Below are positions 24,957-35,703 of a stretch of DNA of 64,000 nucleotides, one piece after another. A model generated the notes under the pieces. That model saw only the letters and a program-made list of their open reading frames with translations. It did no database searches and was not told the origin of the DNA. Position 1 is the stretch's first letter, and each line of letters begins with the position of its first letter. The position numbers were made by a program, and so were the translations under genes. The DNA is from an uncultured delta proteobacterium (GTDB taxonomy: Bacteria > Desulfobacterota > WTBG01): the NCBI GenBank assembly GCA_963793865.1, contig CAWCBP010000012.1, positions 32,001 to 96,000 of the forward strand, given 5' to 3'.

Positions 24957-25854
24957 TTAAATCAGGGCGGTGCTGAAATACCGTTCTATCCGGTCGGGCA
25001 GGATGGTTACGACCTTATTGCGGCCATTGTCCATGTGCAGCGCCACAAAAACATTGGCCCCGGAGGAGGTGCCCGCAAGCAGTCCCTCTTCTCTCGAAAG
25101 TCTGCGGGTTGTTTCAATTGCTTCCTCGTCGGTAACGGTGAATACCATATCCACCAGCTTTAAATCGAGCACATCAGGGATGAAGCCGTCACCGATTCCC
25201 TGAATCTGGTGCAGTCCCGGCTCTCTTCCAAGGAGGGCAGCGCTGTTCTTGGGCTCAACGGCGACGATTTTGACGCCCGGTTTCTTCTCCTTTAAAAATT
25301 TGCCGATTCCCTGGAGGGTGCCGCCGCTTCCCACGCCGGCAACAAAAATATCAACCTCTCCATTCATGTCCTCCCAGATTTCAGGGCCGGTTTGCGAATA
25401 ATGAATATCCGGATTATCCGGATTGGCAAACTGGTCGGCGACAAAATATTTGTCCGGGTCCGCCATAATAATTTCCTGCATCTTTTTTAGGCAACCCGGC
25501 AAACTCTCCGAAGCAGAGGTGTAAACGATCTCTCCCCCGAATGCCTGGATGATTTTTCTTCGCTCCACACTCATATTTTCAGGCATCACACAGATTACCG
25601 GGTAACCCTTTTGCACACCGACCAGGCTCAAGGCCGATTCCGGTATTCCCGGAAGTAGACTCGATGATGGTCATCCCCGGCTTAAGTTTCCCCTTTTTTT
25701 CAGCCTGTTCAATAATGTGTTTCGCCACCCTGTCCTTGATGCTTCCCCCGGGATTGAGGAACTCCGCCTTGCCGAATACATTACCTGAAGACATCTTCTT
25801 GAGCCGCACCAGAGGTGTTTTGCCCATTGCATCTAATACAGAATTTATCATCAT
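24957..25854 (-). CDS. cysK: Cysteine synthase (PLP), split by one extra base near 25633
   Basis: 5' part [25 protein letters not shown]; 3' part [31 protein letters not shown]. Confidence 0.9.
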
Positions 25855-25909
25855 AAAGGGTCCTTCTTTAAGGTGTCAGTTGTGTATTCACAGTACAATG
25901 CGCAGATTA

Positions 25910-26449
25910 TTATTTCGGTTTTATATCGGCAAATCGATCGTCCGCCATAAGTCTGGGATTGTTCTTTCTCAATGCCTTTCCAAACCATCCCACCCGTTTT
26001 GACAACGGTGCGTCAAAACGGGGAATGTAGGGCTTGATATCAAGGAGAGGGGTTTCGTCTAAAACATCCAGTGAAGCCACCTCAATCTTATTATCACGAA
26101 TCTTTTTTACTTGCACTATGGAAATTCCTATGGAATTGGGCCGCGCGGGAGCGCGTGTGGCAAATACCCCTCTTTCCACCTCATCCAAAAAGGGTCGACA
26201 TACAAGACGGTAGCTTTTCGATTTGTGAAAGTGATAGATAAGCATGATGTGTGAAAAACCTTCGAGATCCCGCAATCCCTCCTTGAACTCCGGAAACAGC
26301 TCTACAATTCCATTTCCTTTTTTGGAGAACACGGTCTGTATGGGCATACCCACTACCGTTTTAAATGGGGAGCGGATAATGCCAATGGGCCTGAGCCGAA
26401 GAGTATTTTTTCGTAAAGCAGTGCTGCGCGTTTTCAAACGGCAATTCAA
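25910..26449 (-). CDS. trmO: tRNA (m6t6A37) methyltransferase TrmO/TsaA
   Basis: PIGIIRSPF, GVFATRAPARPNSIG, DETPLLDIKPY. Confidence 0.9.
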   Translation of the reverse strand: MNCRLKTRSTALRKNTLRLRPIGIIRSPFKTVVGMPIQTVFSKKGNGIVELFPEFKEGLRDLEGFSHIMLIYHFHKSKSYRLVCRPFLDEVERGVFATRAPARPNSIGISIVQVKKIRDNKIEVASLDVLDETPLLDIKPYIPRFDAPLSKRVGWFGKALRKNNPRLMADDRFADIKPK

Positions 26450-26476
26450 CCTGTAAGAAAGACGGGTGCATGCTCC

Positions 26477-26938
26477 TCATCTGTTGCCGGAGTTCTTGAG
26501 CACACCTTTTCTGTAACAATCCCGTATCGCACCCCGCAAACCGGCAACACCCATAAGAGAGCAGTTGTTTCTTCTTTCAGGAATGCCCCCCAATGCAAGA
26601 ACAACATCGTCATCGGTAAGCCGAAGCGCCTCTTCTATGGTTTTCCCCTTGGCCAATTCCGTCATCATGCTGATGGTAGCAATAGCGCCGGCACATCCAT
26701 TTGATTTAAACTTTATGTCCTCAATGCGATTATCACATATTTTGATGCCGATTTTCATCTGGTCGCCGCACTCCGGATCACCGAGGACTATCTCACCGTC
26801 CGCGTTTTTTAACTCTCCCACATTACGGGGATTAGTGGAGTGATCGATTATGAGCTCATTGTAAAAGAGCATCGGACCCGCATCTTCAACGCCAGATTCA
26901 TGAGGCTTTTTGTATAAATTTTTCCACTCATCATTCAT
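26477..26938 (-). CDS. Fe-S cluster scaffold, NifU/IscU-like
   Basis: DHSTNPRNVG, GDPECGD, GCAGAIAT, third Cys in NCS. Confidence 0.88.
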   Translation of the reverse strand: MNDEWKNLYKKPHESGVEDAGPMLFYNELIIDHSTNPRNVGELKNADGEIVLGDPECGDQMKIGIKICDNRIEDIKFKSNGCAGAIATISMMTELAKGKTIEEALRLTDDDVVLALGGIPERRNNCSLMGVAGLRGAIRDCYRKGVLKNSGNR

Positions 26939-27230
26939 GATTCTGCTTCTCCTGCGGATAAAACATCCCCTGTTCATCAAAATCAACTACTCGCACGGGA
27001 CCTTTCCCGGTAAAGGTGGTAATAATTTTGCCTATATTCAGGGCATTATCTTTCAAAATCAACCGGCAGTTTTCAAAGTGGCAGGATTTGAGTTCTGTGT
27101 CTCCGGTCCTGAGAATTATCATGCACTCCCTGAACTCACAGTTTTTAAAGACGTGGTTATCCAACTCGACCACCTCTTTCTTGAAAATCTTGTTCTGATA
27201 GGTAACTTTATACATATACAACCAACTCAT
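26931..27230 (-). CDS. Hypothetical protein (short beta-helix-like repeats FKNCEF/FENC)
   Basis: ORF overlapping the nifU-like start by 8 bp. Confidence 0.6.
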   Translation of the reverse strand: MSWLYMYKVTYQNKIFKKEVVELDNHVFKNCEFRECMIILRTGDTELKSCHFENCRLILKDNALNIGKIITTFTGKGPVRVVDFDEQGMFYPQEKQNHE

Positions 27231-27448
27231 TCAGCAATCGATAAACTCGATGTCTTAATCAAACCCTGCTGTGCCGGCCAATTCAATAGCATAATTTCTG
27301 ATTAGTTTCCACCTATTCCAAAGGTTTGACACAGAACCCGGGCATTAAAGAAATACGAAGGACTCGCGCAAGTTTTAAAAACAGCAGGTGTTTATACTGT
27401 CAGCCGGCGTAAAAAAACATTTCATTATTAATGAGGAGGTGTTGAGTT

Positions 27449-28003
27449 ATGAAAAAGATTGGATTGGTGCTGGCAGGAACTGCTGTCGTAGTCTTATTGC
27501 TTTCAGCCTCAAATGCCATGGCCTTCAGGTATGGGTGCGGCAGAGGAATGGGAGGCTGGGGAGGATGCGGCTGGTGTGGAATGGGTCCAAATGCCTTTAG
27601 CCCGTACTGGATTCCCAATCTTACGCAGGAACAGTCCGGGAAATTAGCAGATCTCCAAAAGAAGCACATCGAAGAAACATCTCAGCTGCGAACCAATCTC
27701 GGAGTGAAAAGCATCGAGTTGGATCAGCTTTTTGACCAGCCTCAGCCCAACGCCGATGAGATCCTGGCAAAACAGAAAGAATTTAACAGCATCCAGGCAC
27801 AGCTTCAGGAGAAATGTTTGCGCAGGCAAATGGAGATGCGGTCCCTCTTAACTGACGAGCAGCGTTCTGAACTTCTCAACCGGTTTGACCGTGACGATCA
27901 ATTCGGTCCGGGGATGGGCGGCCCGCGCCAGGGGAAGGGATTTGGCAGAGGTAAAGGTTACGGAGATGGCAGAGGGGGATGCGGTGGCCCCTGCTGGTGG
28001 TAA
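27449..28003 (+). CDS. Spy/CpxP/ZraP-like periplasmic protein
   Basis: Signal peptide, Gly/Met-rich N-terminus, LTQEQ and LTDEQ (LTXXQ) motifs. Confidence 0.85.
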   Translation: MKKIGLVLAGTAVVVLLLSASNAMAFRYGCGRGMGGWGGCGWCGMGPNAFSPYWIPNLTQEQSGKLADLQKKHIEETSQLRTNLGVKSIELDQLFDQPQPNADEILAKQKEFNSIQAQLQEKCLRRQMEMRSLLTDEQRSELLNRFDRDDQFGPGMGGPRQGKGFGRGKGYGDGRGGCGGPCWW

Positions 28004-28040
28004 ATTACAATCATATCTGGTAGGTATGAACTAAAACGAT

Positions 28041-28071
28041 AACCTCTCGGTTTTATGCCGAGAGGTTTTTT
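28041..28071 (+). terminator. Rho-independent terminator
   Basis: aacctctcgg ttttatg ccgagaggtt followed by a T-run. Confidence 0.8.
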
Positions 28072-28095
28072 GTTTTAAGGATCATTTTTTTATGA

Positions 28096-29697
28096 TCAGA
28101 CCACCTCATAGTTCATCATCATCCCGTTGTCTTCATGCTCAAGGATGTGGCAGTGCAACAGGTAACGCTGGCTTCCCGGGAAATTATGAGAAAAGTCAAT
28201 GGCAATCCTGACCTTCTCTCCCGGCCAGACCAGCACCGTATCCTTGAGACCCATGTCCGTGGGGATCAACCCGTTACCATCCAGTGCAAGTCTTCTTACC
28301 TGGTAGGGGCTGTTTATCCGCTGCAGCACCTGAAACTGAAAACCGTGAATGTGCATGGGGTGAGGCATGTTCATCATACCCATCATACCCATGCCCATGG
28401 AGGTAAGGGGATTGGTTATTTCCCATACTTCTGTTGATCCGCGGGTTACCGTCACGGGTACGTAGTCCATATCAAAGCTCAGCCCGTTGATAAGCCAGCG
28501 CATCATGGAAAAGGACAGGGTGAAACGTCTGGTTTCCGCATCGTTTGTTTCGATGGGTGTTATGGTTGACAACTCAGCGGGTATCTTCTTGTCATATGGT
28601 ATCCTTCGGGTTACATTAAGCTTAAGGATGGAAAACGAACTGCCGTTGGACAGGTTGGCGCATTGTCCCGTTCCTCCTCCCATCATGCCACCGCCCCCCA
28701 TCATCCCGCAGTCATTTGCACCGGAGAATGCCAGGCTCTTGAGCCATACGGTTTCTCCCGCCCTGGACCTGCTCAGGTCAAGCAGGACATCAATTCGTTC
28801 ACCGGGTGAAAGAAAAGCCTCGGTTACCTGCCGGGGGGTGGTAAGCAAACCACCATCAGTACCAATTAGGTAAAAAGGCATACTGGTGCGGCTGTTCGCG
28901 AAGGCAAGCCGGTAAATGCGGGCGTTTGAGGCGTTGAGGATCCGGAAGCGGTAGATGCGTGATGAAACATTGAGATACGGTCTGTAGGTCAGATTGGCGA
29001 GAATGGTATCGCCTAAGAACCCATCCGTTGCTCCCATAGGATTTTGGGAGTAGACAAGGTCACCGTTTGCATCAAAGGTCTTGTCCTGAATCACCAGCGG
29101 TATATCGGTTTCCCCGAAAGTAAGATCGAGGTTCCCGGTCAGACGACGTTCGTCCTCATCCTCAACGATGAGTAAACTTGCAAGTCCATAATATGCCTGG
29201 AATGCAGTTCTTCTATGAGCATGAGTGTGATACCAGTAGGTTGCGGCCCGGTTTTGCACAGAGAAGTCATAGGGATATTCGTCGAGTGGCTGAATTTGAT
29301 ACACCGGGTGGCCATCATTCTTATGGTCAACATGCAACCCGTGCCAGTGGATGGTTGTTGATTCCTGTAAATGGTTCACCAAGAGGGAACTTAAATTATT
29401 ACCCTTTTCTATTTTTAATATGGGATTAATATACTGTCTGCCTCCCGCCTCCGCTTCATATGCCAGTAGTTGCGTACTTCTGTGCGGCAATATTTCATAC
29501 TCAGTCTCAAGGGCGGTCAAGGTGAAGGGGGCTGACGGTTTCATCAGGCCAAACATCCCCCTGTCAGACGGTAATTTAAGGGGATTTCTGAATGAAGCAT
29601 TATTGATGAAAGCACGTGCATTGCTGATGTTGAATAGTAAAAGACCGGATGCTCCGCCGACAGCCTTTAAAAAATTTCTTCTGTTTAAATCTGTCAT
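28096..29697 (-). CDS. Tat-exported multicopper oxidase (CueO/McoA-like)
   Basis: NRRNFLK Tat motif; HWHG, WYHTH, HPMHIHG, HCHILEHEDNGMM; Met/Gly-rich inserts. Confidence 0.93.
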   Translation of the reverse strand: MTDLNRRNFLKAVGGASGLLLFNISNARAFINNASFRNPLKLPSDRGMFGLMKPSAPFTLTALETEYEILPHRSTQLLAYEAEAGGRQYINPILKIEKGNNLSSLLVNHLQESTTIHWHGLHVDHKNDGHPVYQIQPLDEYPYDFSVQNRAATYWYHTHAHRRTAFQAYYGLASLLIVEDEDERRLTGNLDLTFGETDIPLVIQDKTFDANGDLVYSQNPMGATDGFLGDTILANLTYRPYLNVSSRIYRFRILNASNARIYRLAFANSRTSMPFYLIGTDGGLLTTPRQVTEAFLSPGERIDVLLDLSRSRAGETVWLKSLAFSGANDCGMMGGGGMMGGGTGQCANLSNGSSFSILKLNVTRRIPYDKKIPAELSTITPIETNDAETRRFTLSFSMMRWLINGLSFDMDYVPVTVTRGSTEVWEITNPLTSMGMGMMGMMNMPHPMHIHGFQFQVLQRINSPYQVRRLALDGNGLIPTDMGLKDTVLVWPGEKVRIAIDFSHNFPGSQRYLLHCHILEHEDNGMMMNYEVV

Positions 29698-30066
29698 ATT
29701 TCTTCTCCACAAGAATTAATACTTTACTATTAACATATACTATTAACGATGTCAATCATTACATTGTTTATTATTAATGTAAATAATGTGCCATGATGAA
29801 CAACCGTAGGCAGTCAATAATTCAATTTTGACCTTAAAAATGGCGTTATTGGGAGTTAAATCAGCTGTTTTTAGAGCAAATATTCATATCTTTCAATGTG
29901 GTAGCGTGGTCCGACCCTACTCGGGTGGAAATTTAGAAATTTAAGTCACTCTTGATGAGCACTGCTTTATTGTAAGATTGATCGCTCCGAGATTTTTAAG
30001 ATCATAATATAGTCTTTCTGTACCATATAAGCATCACTGCATCTAGCACCCCGGATAGAGCATAAA

Positions 30067-30141
30067 AATACCCCTTCAGTACTGGCTACTGAAGGGGTAT
30101 TGCAAAGGCTGAGAAGAAATTTGTCCAAGTTTCTCCTCAGC
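30067..30141 (-). terminator. Two stem-loops downstream of the 30192-30479 gene
   Basis: aataccccttcagt...actgaaggggtatt and gctgagaagaaa...tttctcctcagc. Confidence 0.6.
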
Positions 30142-30191
30142 ACATTTTACGTGAATCTTTTTACACGGAACGAGTGTTAATCAGGCATGCT

Positions 30192-30479
30192 TCAACGGTG
30201 CCCTCTGCCATTATGTCCCCCACCACGGCGACCACCACCCCGGTTAAAATTATCCCTCGTACGATCCCGCATATTATTCCATTGATCACGCCGGTATTCA
30301 CGACGGTCATTCAACCGTTCCTGCCTTTGCTCCTGCCGATCGTGGCGGCGGTCTCTTATGTTGTCAGCCTGTCTGTTCCAGTTCTCCTGAACACCTCTTA
30401 GGGAATTGTTACGTGCTAATGCGGGGGATATGTATAACAAGCTTATAACTGCTATTATGATACTGTTAAGATATCGCAT
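30192..30479 (-). CDS. Small secreted Arg/Asp/Gly-rich protein
   Basis: RBS CAGGAGG, signal peptide ending ALA, low-complexity charged repeats. Confidence 0.65.
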   Translation of the reverse strand: MRYLNSIIIAVISLLYISPALARNNSLRGVQENWNRQADNIRDRRHDRQEQRQERLNDRREYRRDQWNNMRDRTRDNFNRGGGRRGGGHNGRGHR

Positions 30480-30579
30480 GTTAATTCCTCCTGCTCTATC
30501 GGGAACCTCTTCGCCTCAATCAGGAGGCGGAGAGGTTCCCGGGGTTAGTATTGTACGAGTGTTTTAATCCCACCGTGTT

Positions 30580-31067
30580 TTATGGTGTAACTTGATCATA
30601 GGGGAGGGAAAGTTGCTTATAGCTTTCCAGATTTCCCTGATCGTCAAGAATAACCAGGAATACTCCAGAAAAACCACGGTACTCTGTAATAATCTCATTG
30701 TCGCCATCATTATCAATGTCAGCAACGTCCAAGCCAGATGCTCGTACCGCAAACTGGTTGGCTTGTGTTGGAAGAACAGGCAGAGGGTTTGAGCTTATGA
30801 CATTACCCTCGTTATTCATTATTGCCAAGTATGAACCGGCGAAAATTTGCACGATTTCTGGCACACTATCACCATTGAGGTCTGCAACACGAAACTGGTT
30901 CATACCCATGCCGCCTCCCATCATACGCCGCCACCCATCCCGCCTCCGCCACCATAGCCTGGTCCCGGCCTTGGCATCATTTGAGATTCAGCATCCCAAG
31001 TCAAAGATACAATCATTGTTATCAACATCAACACCATTACCATTAATTTTGCTATTTTAGTGTCCAT
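30580..31067 (-). CDS. Secreted Met/Gly-rich protein with two FG-GAP-like Ca-binding repeats; one-base deletion near 30926
   Basis: ATG 31067 after AAGGAG gives MDTKIAKLMVMVLMLITMIVSLTWDAES..PGYGGGGGMGGG, which joins out of frame to MMGGGMGM..ADLNGDSVPEIV..ADIDNDGDNEII. Confidence 0.65.
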
Positions 31068-31161
31068 ATGCTTCTCCTTTTGATTGATAGGAAATAACTG
31101 GTTAAAATAAGAAATAAACCCCTTACATTACCTATTGACGGATTAAGTTCCAGCCAATCTT

Positions 31162-31566
31162 TTATAGCAGCAATGTTGAGTTAATCAGAAAAAGGGGTAG
31201 TGATGAAAAAGGATATTTGGTTTTCAGTGAGGTAGATGTGCCTTCTAAAGATAAGGAGACCGGTTTTGCTAAAACATAGTGTGGCAACGATAATAACTGC
31301 TTCTGCTCTAACTGGAGAGAACACCCATTTACCCAGAAAAATTCTTTGGCTGGTGTGCTATCGCACTCAATGCAAGGAGTATATTTACCGGATGCATGAT
31401 CCTGAAAAAAACTTTTTTGCAGATGGTTGTTTTCTGTGCAGCCACACTTACACGCGGAGCTTGTGCAACAGGAACAATCTGCACGCACCACAAACGGAAA
31501 AGAGGTTATTAACCAGGAGGTTACTACTAACAGAGCAAAAAGTGTCTTTTTTCTCAAGAGGTTCAT
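31162..31566 (-). CDS. Cys-rich exported or leader-type protein, paralogue of 45326-45730
   Basis: Signal-like N-terminus, CSCCTSSACKCGC, PCIEC, C-terminal LPLFLINSTLLL. Confidence 0.75.
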   Translation of the reverse strand: MNLLRKKTLFALLVVTSWLITSFPFVVRADCSCCTSSACKCGCTENNHLQKSFFQDHASGKYTPCIECDSTPAKEFFWVNGCSLQLEQKQLLSLPHYVLAKPVSLSLEGTSTSLKTKYPFSSLPLFLINSTLLL

Positions 31567-31758
31567 GCGTCCACCATTACAGAAGAGGCATATCAAACCA
31601 TATTAATAATTTACTAATATATTTTACTGAAATTGTCAAGTACTGCCCCATACCATAATCTATAAACTATATCTTCCTTATGGTGATAACTAAACGTCTG
31701 GCGGTAGCTGAAGTTTTGTTATCGCTGACAAATTAATATCAAGTGATGTGTCCGCGCT

Positions 31759-32586
31759 TTAGTTTACAGATCGTCCCAGAGCCAGAAACAGATCCCTGGT
31801 GATTACTCCAGGGTGTCCCTTTTCCTGAGCAACCTGTTCAGCAAGGGGAATGATTTTGTCAATCAATTCCTCGCCGTTATCTCTATCAATGAGAATGTCA
31901 GCAAGGGCATGCACGGTATGGGTACACCACAACCCTTTTCCTTTGAGATGCTTTTTGAGCCTGTCCACCACAGCGAATTCCTTTACTACCCACTCTTCAC
32001 ACTGCTTTGCAATATCTGGATTACACATGAGACAGGCTGCCGCATGGCTCATTTCAAGCTCTTTAGTCTCGGGGTTATTTACCTGAAGCTTTTTGTATGT
32101 GAAATCCTTTGCCAGATCAGCAAAGGCATTGGTTGTATTAATGGTGGTTACCACTTTAATCCCCTGTTTACGCGTTATTTCTTCAGCCCGTTTCTGAACC
32201 ATTTTGCCTGTCTCAAAAGAAACGGTTCCATCGGACATTGATGCACTGAGTATAAAGCGTGCATGGCAGCACCAGTGCATGGTCTCAGTATCAACAACAT
32301 CGTCATGGTACACCCCGCTGAGATCCAGCTCTGCGCGGCATGTTTCAGAAAGTTTCGGGGGACAATAACCGCACATCTTGATATAATCGTTTGCATATTT
32401 GGGAACCCATTTCTGTTCATCCGGTATGAACGCATCACCGTAATTCTTAAAGAAATCCTTCCTGCTCATCGCGTTCTTAAAGCTTTCAAAACATGAGCTT
32501 GAACAAAAGACCAGGTCCTTTAATTCGATGAACTTCATGACCAGATCTTTACCGCATTGATGACACACTATTGTTTCTTCTGCCAT
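31759..32586 (-). CDS. Uncharacterised Cys/His-rich protein, paralogue of 43605-44543
   Basis: Strong RBS; CHQCG...FCSSSC, MCGYC-x7-C, WCCHARF, CLMC-x7-C, WCTH. Confidence 0.85.
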   Translation of the reverse strand: MAEETIVCHQCGKDLVMKFIELKDLVFCSSSCFESFKNAMSRKDFFKNYGDAFIPDEQKWVPKYANDYIKMCGYCPPKLSETCRAELDLSGVYHDDVVDTETMHWCCHARFILSASMSDGTVSFETGKMVQKRAEEITRKQGIKVVTTINTTNAFADLAKDFTYKKLQVNNPETKELEMSHAAACLMCNPDIAKQCEEWVVKEFAVVDRLKKHLKGKGLWCTHTVHALADILIDRDNGEELIDKIIPLAEQVAQEKGHPGVITRDLFLALGRSVN

Positions 32587-32764
32587 TGTGGATCCTCCTC
32601 TTTTCTTTTACTGAGTAAATCTGCTTGCAAACTTGGCCATGGTATGATCAATTTGTGCGTCATAAACAACATCCTCTGGTGCGTGTCCCGTAATTGACGC
32701 GCATTTCCTGATTAAACTGAGATATTAGCTTTATAGCTTGGTGCTAAATTAGCTCTTTTAAGCA

Positions 32765-35204
32765 TTAGGTCAGCATCAGCGAATTGGTAACCACAAAAAG
32801 TGAGCTTATGGCCATGGCCGACATGCCCATAACCGGATGGAGCAGACCCATGACAGCCACCGGTATGGCTATCAAATTATAAAAGAATGCCCAGAAGAGA
32901 TTCTGTTTGATCTTCCTGAAGGTATTGCGATGAAAGTTTAACCGCTGAAACCACCGCGCTCAGCTCCCCTCTCACCAGGGTAATATCAGAAGATTCGATC
33001 GCAATATCAGTACCGGTTCCAAGGGCAATGCCCACATTGGCCTGGGTGAGGGCGGGGGCATCATTAATGCCGTCGCCAACCATGGCCACCATCCCCAGTT
33101 TTTCCTGCAGCCGCTTGATCTCCTCCACCTTGTCCGCCGGCATTACTTCCGCCAGAACCCGCTCAATGCCTACTTTCTCAGCGATTGCCCGGGCCGTCCT
33201 TTTATTGTCGCCGGTAATCATGACCGTTTCAAATCCCATGCTTCGCAGCTCTCTAATGGCATCCTCCGAATCTTTTTTGATCCTGTCAGCGATACCGATC
33301 ATGCCCTGCGTCTTGCCATCAACGGCAACCAGCATTACTGTCTTGGCTTCATCTTCCAGTTTTTCCAGGGCCGGTTTGAGCCGGTCGAAGGCGATCCCCT
33401 TTCCATCAAAGAGCCTGGGGCTTCCAATCAATATTTCCTGGCCGTCAATTATTCCCCTGACGCCCTGGCCGGTCAAGGCTTCAAATCCCTCCAGTTTAAG
33501 CAAGTCCATGCCCCGCTCTTTCGATTCGGCTATGACGGCTTTACCGAGCGGATGCTCAGAGCCTGATTCCACCGATGCCGCGATGGCTAAAAGCCTTCCT
33601 TCATCCAGGCTGTCGCAGGGAACAATGTCGGTAACCCCGGGCTTGCCGCTGGTTATGGTGCCGGTCTTATCAAAAACCACCGCCTTGATATTTTGCAGGG
33701 TCTGAATCGCTTCACCCCGGCGGATGAGGATGCCCCGCTCGGCACCCATGCCGCTTCCCACCATAAGGGCGGTGGGAGTGGCCAGGCCCAGGGCGCAGGG
33801 ACAGGCAATCACCAGAACCGTAATCGAAGCAAAAAGGGCGAGAATAATATATCCGAAAGAAGGATTGACCCAGGGGAGATAATCCTTTGCCCCGTTGGCA
33901 ATGCTCAGAAAAAAAGAGGGCGCGATGAGCCAGGCAATAAAGGTCACGACCGATAAGCTGATGATGGTGGGAACGAAATAGTAGGTAATCTTATCGGCAA
34001 GCACCTGAATGGGCACCTTGGTTCCCTGGCATTCCTCAACCATCCTGATTACCTGCGAGAGGAACGTGTCCTTCCCGACCCTGGTCGCCTTGACGGTGAG
34101 CAGGCCCTGCTGATTGATGGTGGCGCCGATAGCCCCGTCCCCCTCTTTTTTGCCCACCGGCATCGATTCACCGGTGGCCATGGATTCATCCACGCTGCTT
34201 TCCCCGCCGACCACGATCCCGTCCGTGGGGATCTTTTCCCCCGGCCTCACCACCATCATGTCTCCAACCGCCACCTTTTCAATTGGCACTTCTACTTCCC
34301 TGCCATCCACCAGAATGCGGGCGCTTTTCGCCTCCAGCTTTAAAAGTTTCTTGATGGCCTGGGACGCCCTGCCCCGCGCCTTTGTCTCCAGGTATCTTCC
34401 GATGAGATTGAAGGCCATGATCATCGCCGCGCACTCGGCGAAGCTGGGAATGTTCACAAAAAAGGAAAAGATGGAAATAACATAGGACGAAAAGGTGCCC
34501 AGAAAAATGAGGGCATCCATGTTGGGATTGAGATTGATCAGTCCCTTGATCGCCGATTTGTTGGTCTGATGGCCCGCCCAGAAAACAACCGGCGTGGCCA
34601 GAATAAACATGATCGCGTTGTGGTAGAGATGAAGAAAGTGTATGTGCCAGAACATCATGACGCCCATAATGAGCATCATCGGCCCGGTAAAAGCCCAGGC
34701 GAGAATGAGCCTCCTTCGCGCCTCCCTGACCTTCCTCACATCATCTTCTTCCACCGCCGCTTTTTCCGGCTTCTCTTCCCCGGCCTCCTCCTTTATGGAA
34801 TAGCCGAGCTTGCTCACGGCATTTTTTAAATCCGCAATGCCGATCTGCCCGGGCAGGAAGTCCACGCTCGCTTTTTCCGTGGCGAGATTGACCCGCGCTT
34901 CCACCACTCCGTCCAGCTTGTTAAGCGTCCGTTCCACCCTCGCGGAACAGGCGGCACAGGTCATTCCGCCAATGGGAAGAATCACGCTTTCAGCCTTTAC
35001 GGTATACCCCATCTTCTGTATGGCTTCTATAAACCTGGCCGCCCCTGCCCTGACCGGATCATATACCACCAGGGCCTTTTCCGTTGCCAGGTTGACACGG
35101 GCATCGCTGACGCCGTCTATTTTTTTCAAGCCGCGCTCAACCCGTGATGAACATGCGGCACAGGTCATTCCACCCACCTGCAGGTTAATCTGTTTTTCTG
35201 CCAT
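32765..35204 (-). CDS. copA: Cu(I)-exporting P1B-type ATPase with two N-terminal HMA domains; frameshift near 32930
   Basis: Two [32 protein letters not shown]; the shifted 3' end reads [17 protein letters not shown]...[16 protein letters not shown]. Confidence 0.93.
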
Positions 35205-35244
35205 GAACGTACCTCGTACGGAGAAATAAGAAAAATAAGGTTTC

Positions 35245-35274
35245 TGTAGGGGCGACCGGCCGGTCGCCCCTACA
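35245..35274. repeat. GTAG-family REP hairpin
   Basis: tgtaggggcgaccggccggtcgcccctaca, a perfect palindrome. Confidence 0.85.
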
Positions 35275-35291
35275 TGTGGATAAGAATCACA

Positions 35292-35353
35292 GGGAGGTCG
35301 CGTTCCGGCGCGCCCGCATATTGTATGCGGCCATGACAGAGCATGGCCATCCA
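35292..35353. repeat. REP-like element (TGGAGG...CCTCCA family), degenerate
   Basis: gggaggtcgcgttccggcgcgccc...atgcggccatgacagagcatggccatcca. Confidence 0.6.
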
Positions 35354-35482
35354 GATGCCATATCTCATTAGATAATTACATGGATTCCCGCGAAGGCGGA
35401 AATCAAAAATGTTTTTTAATTCCGGTTTATCGATATCAAGAGTTGTAGGGGCAGAACGTTTAGCCGGGAATCTTCACGATCT

Positions 35483-35692
35483 TTAGACCACCTCGTACCC
35501 TTCTTCCAGAATGGCGGCTTTCAGATCTTCCAGCCCGACAAGCGCATCCTCATAGACAACCTGTACACTTTTGCCTTCGAGCGACACCTCAGCCGCTTTC
35601 ACTCCTTTCTGAGCCTCAAGAGCGCCTTTAACCGCCCGAACGCAGTGCTCGCAGGACATTCCTTCTACCGATATGGTAACTGTTTTTTCCAT
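35483..35692 (-). CDS. copZ: Copper chaperone (HMA domain)
   Basis: VEGMSCEHCV...EEGYEV. Confidence 0.9.
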   Translation of the reverse strand: MEKTVTISVEGMSCEHCVRAVKGALEAQKGVKAAEVSLEGKSVQVVYEDALVGLEDLKAAILEEGYEVV

Positions 35693-35703
35693 GGAAACTC
35701 CTC

